Assembly: GCA_963727185.1 (NCBI GenBank)
Contig: CAVSFP010000006.1
Coordinates: forward strand, 346,005 to 410,004
DNA length: 64,000 bases
Reading direction: 5' to 3'
Origin: an uncultured Actinomycetes bacterium
GTDB lineage: Bacteria > Actinomycetota > UBA4738 > HRBIN12
Position numbers and translations under genes: made by a program. The notes beneath the pieces are model-generated. The model was not told the DNA's origin and ran no database searches. It saw only the letters and a program-made list of their open reading frames with translations. Shown one piece after another: positions 58,240 to 64,000 of the stretch. Each line of letters begins with the position of its first letter. Within the stretch, counting starts at the first letter, position 1.

Positions 58240-59337
58240 ATGGCGAGACCACGTGCGCGAGACCTGGGGATCGAGATCGGGCGACTGAAGCCCGGCGTGT
58301 TGAATGCGATCACCGATGTCAGCGGGGTCCGAGTGGGGCATCGGACGGTCGTCCGAGGCGCCGACGGGGATCCCCACGCGATCCGGACGGGCGTGACGGC
58401 CGTTTTCCCGCACGAAGGCGATCCCTGGCGTCAGCCGGTCTACGCCGCTCCCCACATCCTCAACGGATACGGCGAGTTGATCGGGATCAACCAGATCACC
58501 GAATGGGGTCTCTTGATGTCGCCGATCGTCCTGACGTCGAGCCTCGCGATCGGGAAGGCGTACGACGCCACGGTGAAGTGGCTCGCCGGGCGCGACCCGG
58601 CCGCCGGCGCTGAAGTGATGCCGGTGGTCTCCGAGTGTGACGACTCGGACCTGAACGACGTGCTGTCGTTCCCGCTCGGCGACGTGGACGTGGCGGCGGC
58701 GCTGGACGGCGCGGTCGAGGGCGACGTGGCCGAGGGCTGCGTCGGCGCGGGGACGGGCATGCAGTGCTTCGATTTCAAGGGCGGGATCGGCACGGCCTCG
58801 CGCGTGCTCCCTGCCGATGCAGGCGCGTACGCGGTGGGGGCGTTGGTGCTCACGAACTTCGGATCGTCGGATCTCCGCATCGACGGCGTGCGGGTGGGCG
58901 AGCAGATCACCGACCTGATGCCGGTGGATCACTCGGAAGGGTCGTGCGTCGTGATCGTCGCCACGGACGCGCCGCTCCTTCCGCACCAGCTGCGCCGCGT
59001 GGCGCAGCGCGCAGGTATGGGTCTCGCTCGGACCGGTTCGACGGCGTCCAACGGATCGGGTGAGCAGATGCTTGCGTTCTCGACCGCCAACCGCATCCCG
59101 GTGCGGACGGCCGATCCCGTCGTAGACGTCCGTGCGGTCGCCGATGCCCGTCGCGGCGATCCGTGGCTCCTCGGTGCGCTGTTCGCGGCGACGATCGAGG
59201 CGACCGAGGAAGCCGTCGTGAACGCGCTCGTCGCGGCAGAGACCGTCGTGGGTCGTGACGGGAACACACTGCACGCGATGCCGGTCGATCGCGTGCTGCC
59301 GATGATGGAGCGGGCCGGCCGCCTCGCGCCTCGCTGA
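58240..59337 (+). CDS. P1/S58-family aminopeptidase (DmpA / L-aminopeptidase D-Ala-esterase-amidase-like)
   Basis: DmpA-family motifs (ITDVSGVRVGH; GAGTGMQCFDFKGGIGTASR autocleavage/nucleophile region). Confidence 0.75.
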   Translation: MARPRARDLGIEIGRLKPGVLNAITDVSGVRVGHRTVVRGADGDPHAIRTGVTAVFPHEGDPWRQPVYAAPHILNGYGELIGINQITEWGLLMSPIVLTSSLAIGKAYDATVKWLAGRDPAAGAEVMPVVSECDDSDLNDVLSFPLGDVDVAAALDGAVEGDVAEGCVGAGTGMQCFDFKGGIGTASRVLPADAGAYAVGALVLTNFGSSDLRIDGVRVGEQITDLMPVDHSEGSCVVIVATDAPLLPHQLRRVAQRAGMGLARTGSTASNGSGEQMLAFSTANRIPVRTADPVVDVRAVADARRGDPWLLGALFAATIEATEEAVVNALVAAETVVGRDGNTLHAMPVDRVLPMMERAGRLAPR

Positions 59338-59346
59338 CCTGCAGCG

Positions 59347-60522
59347 TTACGGCCGGTCGAAACGGAACGGATCGAACGGCCCCGCGTCGAACGGCGGTGG
59401 ACCGCCGAGCGCGATCGACGCCACCAGCTTCGCCGTCCCCGCGCCCAGGATGACGCCCTCCGAGCCGTGGCCGCTCGCGACCACCAGGCCGTCGCGGACG
59501 ATGCCGACGATCGGTCGCTCGTCGGGCGTGATCGGTCGGATACCCCACCACGTCGAAAGCACCCGCGTCTCGGCGAGCGAGGGGACCAGCGCGATCGCTG
59601 CGGCGAGCTGTCGGCGGGGCACGGTCGCATCCTCGGGTTCGGGCGTGATCCACGCCTGACGCGACGAGCCCACCAAGACCGCGCCGTCTGGGTGCAGATG
59701 CAGGATCGCTCCGACCTCCGCCCGCGGAACGGCGTCCGTCGCGACACGCACGGCGGACGGCCTCGAGACGGCGGCGAGCCGTTCGGGCGCGTCCCGCCAC
59801 CCGGCGTGTTCGATCAGGTGGCGGAGAGGCTCGCTCGGTGCCGATGTGCGAACGATCCAGCCACGAGCGCCGCTCACCGGCAGCCGGATCCCGATCGGGT
59901 CCAGGAGCGACGTCGACCACGGCCCGGTCGCGACGACGACGGTATCCGCCGCGATCGGTCCGTCGTCCGTCACGACTCCGCGCACGGCATCGCCCTGCTC
60001 GACCAACGCGCGCGCGCGGAGGTGGTGGCGGATGTCGGCACCCGCCGTCTTCGCGGCGAGCGCCAGGGCGACGGTCAGCGCAGCGGGATCCAGCCTGTGA
60101 CCTTGGTCCAGGAGCCAGCCGGCGGCGGCGTCGGGAGCGATCGCCGGTTCGACTTCATGCAGCTCCCGGGCGTCGAGCGGCCGGATCGACACGCCGTGCG
60201 CCGCGGCCGACGACAACGCGGGCTGCGCACGCTCGACGTCTTCGGGCTCCAGCGCCACCAACACGTGGCCGATAGGCTCCCGATCGAGCCATACCGGGAA
60301 CGTTGCCGACGCGGCGACGTCCAGGTACGCGGGGAGGGTAGCGCGGGCCATCGGGACCAGGGCCGGATCCTCCGGCACGACGAACCATCCCTGGTTGCGG
60401 CCCGAGGCACCGGCCGCGAGCTCATCGCGCTCGATCAACGTGACGGTCGCTCCGGCCCGCGCCAGCTCGTACGCGCAGGCCGCGCCGATGATCCCGCCTC
60501 CGACGATCGCGACGTCAGGCAC
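59347..60522 (-). CDS. FAD-dependent oxidoreductase, DAO family (glycine/D-amino-acid oxidase-like)
   Basis: N-terminal VAIVGGGIIGAACAYELARAG dinucleotide fold. DAO-family C-terminal GHGSEGV. Confidence 0.75.
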   Translation of the reverse strand: MPDVAIVGGGIIGAACAYELARAGATVTLIERDELAAGASGRNQGWFVVPEDPALVPMARATLPAYLDVAASATFPVWLDREPIGHVLVALEPEDVERAQPALSSAAAHGVSIRPLDARELHEVEPAIAPDAAAGWLLDQGHRLDPAALTVALALAAKTAGADIRHHLRARALVEQGDAVRGVVTDDGPIAADTVVVATGPWSTSLLDPIGIRLPVSGARGWIVRTSAPSEPLRHLIEHAGWRDAPERLAAVSRPSAVRVATDAVPRAEVGAILHLHPDGAVLVGSSRQAWITPEPEDATVPRRQLAAAIALVPSLAETRVLSTWWGIRPITPDERPIVGIVRDGLVVASGHGSEGVILGAGTAKLVASIALGGPPPFDAGPFDPFRFDRP

Positions 60523-60539
60523 CGGCGCAGACTAGCGCG

Positions 60540-62102
60540 CTATCCCGTCGCCGCGGCCTCATCCGGCGCGTGGATCGGCAGCCGAACCGTGAACGTGCTG
60601 CCCTCGCCGTGCACGCTCTGCACCGAGACGGTCCCTCCGAGGTGATGGACGAGGTCGCGGACCATCGACAGTCCGAGTCCGGCACCGCTGAACCGGCGGG
60701 TGGACGACGAGTCCACCTGATAGAAGCGATCGAAGATCCGCTCTATCTGCTCCGGCTCGATCCCGATCCCGCAGTCGCGGACGGAGAACACCAGCTCGCC
60801 GCCATCGGCGCGGGCGTCCAGCTCGCATGCCGATCCTTCGGGCGAGTACTTCAAGGCATTGTCCAACAGGTTGGTGATGACGCGCGACAGGAGTTGCCGG
60901 TCGGTGTGGAGCACCGGGATGTCGTCGGGGACGTGGGCCACGATCCGTTCGGCGTCGTTGCCCAGGCCTTCGATCGTCTCGCGGCACAGGTCTTCGAACA
61001 GGACGCGGCCGACCGAGATGGACAACTGGTCGTTCTCCAGGCGCGAGGTGGTCAGTAGGTTCTCGACCAGTCCGATCAAGCGGTTCCCCTGGCGCTCCAT
61101 CCGTTCCAGGAACTCCTCTCGCAGGAGTGCGTCGTCGGCGAACTGGGGCAGCCGAAGGGTCTTCGCGTACCCGGTCATCGCCGTGATCGGGGTCCGCAGC
61201 TCGTGCGAGACGACCGCGACGAACTCGCCCTTCATGCGGTTCAGCTCTCGGAGCTGATCGACCGTCGCGCTCTCCTTGCGGAGGAGGTGCTCTAATCGTT
61301 CGGCCTGCGCCGTCAGGAGCTCGTTCTGCTCCGCGAGGCGGTCGGCCATCATGCGGCTCTGGAAGTACATCTGACGGGCGAACACGACCGGCGCGAGGAA
61401 GACGACGACCGACCAGGCGCCCTCCTCGATGAAGAACCGCGCGATGACTACGCCGAAGAGAGCCAGACCGATGTACGAGGCGAGGAACTCGACCGGCCGT
61501 GAACCGTGCATCTTCTTGAGGACCTGCCGGACCGTGAGCCCATGTTGGAGCGAGGCGTGCAGGGCCACGAGGATCGCGTTGATCGCGTAGGCCGTGATCG
61601 TGGCGGCCAGGGCGGCGGGGACGAGGATCCACCACGGGGAGGTCACGCTCGCGAGCTGATGGAACACCAGGCTCGCCGCGATGATCGCGAGTCCCATCTG
61701 GGACCTGTTCCACATCGCCCGCAGGAACGGGATCTCTCGGCGGAACTCGTGGATATCCGACGAGCCGACGATGGCGATCATCCCGGCGACCGGCGGGCTG
61801 TAGAGCATGGCGACCCCGATCATGATCGGGAAGGACAGCGACAGTTCGATGTCCTCCCATGCCGGGATCGGGATGAGGTCGACCGCCATGATGCACACGA
61901 CGAAGAAGAGCGCTCCCCATCCGACCGTCGTCCAGTCCACGAGGGTCGCTTGCCAACAGAGCCAGCAGGCCAACGGGATGATCAGGACCGCTTCGAGCGC
62001 GGTGACCGAGGCGCTCCCCGCGGCGACGTTCCCGACCGAGGGGGATCGCTTCTCGAGGGCCTCGGGGCCGCCGATGTCCTCGATGGGGTCACGCACGTCC
62101 AT
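60540..62102 (-). CDS. membrane sensor histidine kinase with about 7-TM N-terminal sensing module
   Basis: Start at internal ATG 62100-62102 (MDVRDPIEDIG...), ATGA overlap with upstream DUF5317 gene. 7 hydrophobic helices, then HisKA (VVSHELRTPITAM) and HATPase (NLLDNALKYS; RDCGIGIEPEQIERIFDRFYQ; GAGLGLSMV). No cognate regulator adjacent. Confidence 0.8.
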   Translation of the reverse strand: MDVRDPIEDIGGPEALEKRSPSVGNVAAGSASVTALEAVLIIPLACWLCWQATLVDWTTVGWGALFFVVCIMAVDLIPIPAWEDIELSLSFPIMIGVAMLYSPPVAGMIAIVGSSDIHEFRREIPFLRAMWNRSQMGLAIIAASLVFHQLASVTSPWWILVPAALAATITAYAINAILVALHASLQHGLTVRQVLKKMHGSRPVEFLASYIGLALFGVVIARFFIEEGAWSVVVFLAPVVFARQMYFQSRMMADRLAEQNELLTAQAERLEHLLRKESATVDQLRELNRMKGEFVAVVSHELRTPITAMTGYAKTLRLPQFADDALLREEFLERMERQGNRLIGLVENLLTTSRLENDQLSISVGRVLFEDLCRETIEGLGNDAERIVAHVPDDIPVLHTDRQLLSRVITNLLDNALKYSPEGSACELDARADGGELVFSVRDCGIGIEPEQIERIFDRFYQVDSSSTRRFSGAGLGLSMVRDLVHHLGGTVSVQSVHGEGSTFTVRLPIHAPDEAAATG

Positions 62103-62650
62103 CAGGCGGTGGCCTTGCTGCTGACGGTGCGAGGGCGGCGTCGCGGCATCGAGAACACGATGAAGCATGCGGCGCCCAACTGCACGCACACGTCCCCGAT
62201 CGAGATGGCCTGGTTCAACGGCTGGCCCAGCGGGATCACATCACCCAGCGGGAGGAGGTTCGTCGTGCCATCGGCCAGATGGTGCTTCGCGCCTCCGTTC
62301 GCGATCAACTCGTTCAGGGTCGCCGATTGATCGGAACCTTCCAGGGCGTTGCGGGTGACCGGCATCCCCTGGTTCGCGACGATGACGATCGCGTTCAAGG
62401 CGAGGCCGATCAGGATCAGGACGACCCCTGGGGCCCGGATGTTGACGATCGCGAACGCGATCAGGGCGGCGAACGACGCGTAGAGGAGGATGGTTCCGGG
62501 CGTCCCCCCGACGGGGATGAACTGCAGCACAACACCCGCCAGGGCCAGCCAGGCACTGCGGAGCGTCGTCGAGGGGAAGTCGCGGAACGTGCCGCCGGCC
62601 AACAGGCCGGCGACGGACGCCGCGACAACAGTGAGCATGATCAGCCGCAT
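62102..62650 (-). CDS. DUF5317-family membrane protein (intact paralog)
   Basis: MRLIMLTVVAASVAGLLAGGTFRDFPSTTLRSAWLALAGVVLQFIPVGG...LNAIVIVANQGMPV...AKHHLADGTTNLLPLGDVIPLG. Homologous to the frameshifted gene at 14025..14562. DUF5317 assignment from memory. Confidence 0.6.
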   Translation of the reverse strand: MRLIMLTVVAASVAGLLAGGTFRDFPSTTLRSAWLALAGVVLQFIPVGGTPGTILLYASFAALIAFAIVNIRAPGVVLILIGLALNAIVIVANQGMPVTRNALEGSDQSATLNELIANGGAKHHLADGTTNLLPLGDVIPLGQPLNQAISIGDVCVQLGAACFIVFSMPRRRPRTVSSKATA

Positions 62651-62803
62651 CTTCGCTCCCGCAGGGCCGTTCCCCCTACCGGTATCGGGGTGCGGGCGGG
62701 CTCGCTTGAGCTGTCGGCCGAACGGGTGACCAGATCGCCCCTAAAGAGCCGTCGGACAACTGCCGACATAGGGGGGGATAGAACCGATAAGGAAGGAGCA
62801 CGG

Positions 62804-62890
62804 ATGGAGCGCCTTCGGCGAACCTTGCTCTCCCTGGGTGCCATGGCCGTCTTCTTGATGGCCGCCGGCGCCGGGTGGCGCAACTACTAA
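62804..62890 (+). CDS. 28-aa hydrophobic micro-ORF (MERLRRTLLSLGAMAVFLMAAGAGWRNY)
   Basis: ATG preceded by strong RBS AAGGAAGGAG at -7. Single TM-like helix. Followed by strong hairpin. Divergent from DUF5317-HK operon. Confidence 0.3.
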   Translation: MERLRRTLLSLGAMAVFLMAAGAGWRNY

Positions 62891-62909
62891 GTACGGCTCC
62901 TTGCCGATA

Positions 62910-62939
62910 CCGGGCCCGCCGCTTCGCGGCGGGCCCGGA
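62910..62939 (+). terminator. 13-bp perfect GC-rich hairpin with UUCG tetraloop (intrinsic terminator or processing structure)
   Basis: CCGGGCCCGCCGC-TTCG-GCGGCGGGCCCGG. Lies between micro-ORF stop (62890) and tRNA-Ser (63013). No U-tract, as is common in high-GC actinobacteria. Confidence 0.4.
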
Positions 62940-63012
62940 ACACGGCTCCCCGTCGTGCCACTGCTCTCAACCGGCGGGCTCCCCGGTCCCCATCTTCTCT
63001 AGAATCCTTCGC

Positions 63013-63101
63013 GGAGACGTGCCTGAGTGGCCGAAAGGAGCCGCCTGCTAAGCGGTTAAGGGGGTAACACTCCTTCCCGGGTTCGAATCCCGGCGTCTCC
63101 G
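63013..63101 (+). tRNA. tRNA-Ser (anticodon GCT), class II
   Basis: Acceptor GGAGACG/CGTCTCC-G. Anticodon loop CTGCTAA. Long variable arm TAAGGGGGTAACACTCCTTCC. T-arm CCGGGTTCGAATCCCGG. Confidence 0.8.
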
Positions 63102-63112
63102 CCGGTCAGGGA

Positions 63113-64000
63113 TCAGACGCCGAGCTTCTCTTCGGCGAGCCGGGTGCCCTCGATACGCGCGCCGATCTTCTCGAACGCGACGTCCCTCGAGGTCGACGTG
63201 TCGTCGGCGAACGGGGAGAACCCGCAGTCGTCCGTCGTGCCCAGGTGCGACACGGGAACGTACGACGCGGCCTCGACGACCCGGTCTCGAACCTCCTCCG
63301 GCGACTCCACGCGCGGGTCGATGGGGTCGATCACGCCCACGAAGACGCGCTGCTCTGGACGCCGATGCTCGGCGATCAGCTCGAGCACGCCGCCCCGGTC
63401 CGCCTCGCCCGCCAGCTCGATGTAGAGGTTGCCGGCGTGGTGCGCGAACAGGTCGGGGAGGAACTGGGCGTAGTCGACGTCGGCGCTGTGCGTCGAGTCG
63501 CGATCGCCGCCGGGGCACGTGTGGACGCCGATCCGCTGCCCGTTCTTCGGCCGAGAAGCGATCGAGCACGCGGTTGTTCAGCGCCACGAAGTCGCGGAGC
63601 AGCTGGCCGGACGGGTCGAGCTTGAGCGACAGTCGCCCTTCGGTGAAGTCGATCTGGACGCTGTGCGCGCCCTGTTGGAGCGACCGGCGGATGTCGGTTT
63701 CGCACTCCGCGACGAGATCGTCCAGGAACGCCTCGCGCGGATACCCGTCGATCCCATCCTGCGGATACAACAGGCTCATGGCCGAGGCCGCGATGACTGC
63801 CTGCTTGACCGGCACGTGCGCGTAACGCTTCGCGGCGACCAAGTACTCGTCGGCGTACCGGCCGAACCGGAACGGCCCCGACGTGAGTGCCGGGAGCTGT
63901 CTCGTGTGCCCGTCGGCGAACGGGATAACGGCGCCCTCGGGCGCCAGGTTGTCCAGGCCTTCGAGCGGATAGGTCACGAAACTCGACTTGGTTTGCTCGC
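63113..64000 (-). pseudogene. cobalamin-independent methionine synthase (MetE C-terminal domain)-like protein, partial at window edge and frameshifted
   Basis: C-terminus (ORF 63113..63388 and upstream same frame: RIGVHTCPGGDRDSTHSADVDYAQFLPDLFAHHAGNLYIELAGEADRGGVLELIAEHRRP...SHLGTTDDCGFSPFADD) and upstream part (ORF 63048..63977 frame: ...VPVKQAVIAASAMSLLYP...VALNNRVLDRFSAEE) are in different frames. Junction about 63525-63545. N-terminus lies beyond position 64000. Confidence 0.6.

Overview
High-GC (about 70%) actinobacterial-type chromosomal window, densely coding on both strands. Spurious antisense ORFs are abundant because stop codons are rare at this GC content.

Content from start to end:
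- Cell-division signalling cluster: the conserved FHA/PP2C/SEDS arrangement fhaA-fhaB-pstP-rodA. rodA runs off the 5' end of the window.
- tRNA-Leu(CAG) followed by a roughly 1 kb insertion, bounded by a repeat of the tRNA 3' end.
- Exported enzymes and regulators: secreted cyclase and lipase, a TetR regulator, an M14 peptidase, and a PAS-GGDEF-EAL gene.
- Efflux operon: MFS-TetR-GNAT, with a candidate palindromic operator upstream.
- Nickel-pincer cofactor genes larB-larC, then DUF4446-bactofilin-serS.
- An fdxA ferredoxin followed by an 1119-aa protein made only of about 8 tandem PAS domains.
- tRNA-Ser(TGA), then an aa3-type cytochrome oxidase locus: cupredoxin-like lipoprotein, ctaC with a C-terminal blue-copper domain, ctaD, ctaE, a ctaF-like gene, and convergent ctaB and ctaG.
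- Two two-component systems: a histidine kinase with an OmpR-type regulator, and a GAF-histidine kinase with a LuxR-type regulator.
- Coproporphyrin-dependent heme operon hemE-hemH-hemY-hemQ, then a PPK2 polyphosphate kinase and a HAD hydrolase.
- A low-GC Fic island, a UvrD-like helicase, and a double-CDGSH Fe-S protein.
- Aldolase-HAD-dhaL-dhaK operon, msrA, a CrtI-like oxidoreductase, and a SAM methyltransferase.
- Early heme genes hemL, hemB, a hemC-hemD fusion, and hemA; then a P1 peptidase, an FAD oxidase, a DUF5317 gene with a histidine kinase, tRNA-Ser(GCT), and a partial MetE-like gene.

Most striking observations:
- The ferredoxin plus poly-PAS pair.
- The CtaC-cupredoxin fusion.
- An unusual number of single-nucleotide frameshifts, at least 9, hitting hemA, two histidine kinases, a DUF5317 paralog and a VOC gene. 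These could be consensus indel errors or widespread pseudogenisation.
- Two small horizontally acquired islets: the tRNA-Leu-adjacent cyclase and the low-GC Fic gene.

No CRISPR array, integrase or transposase was seen.
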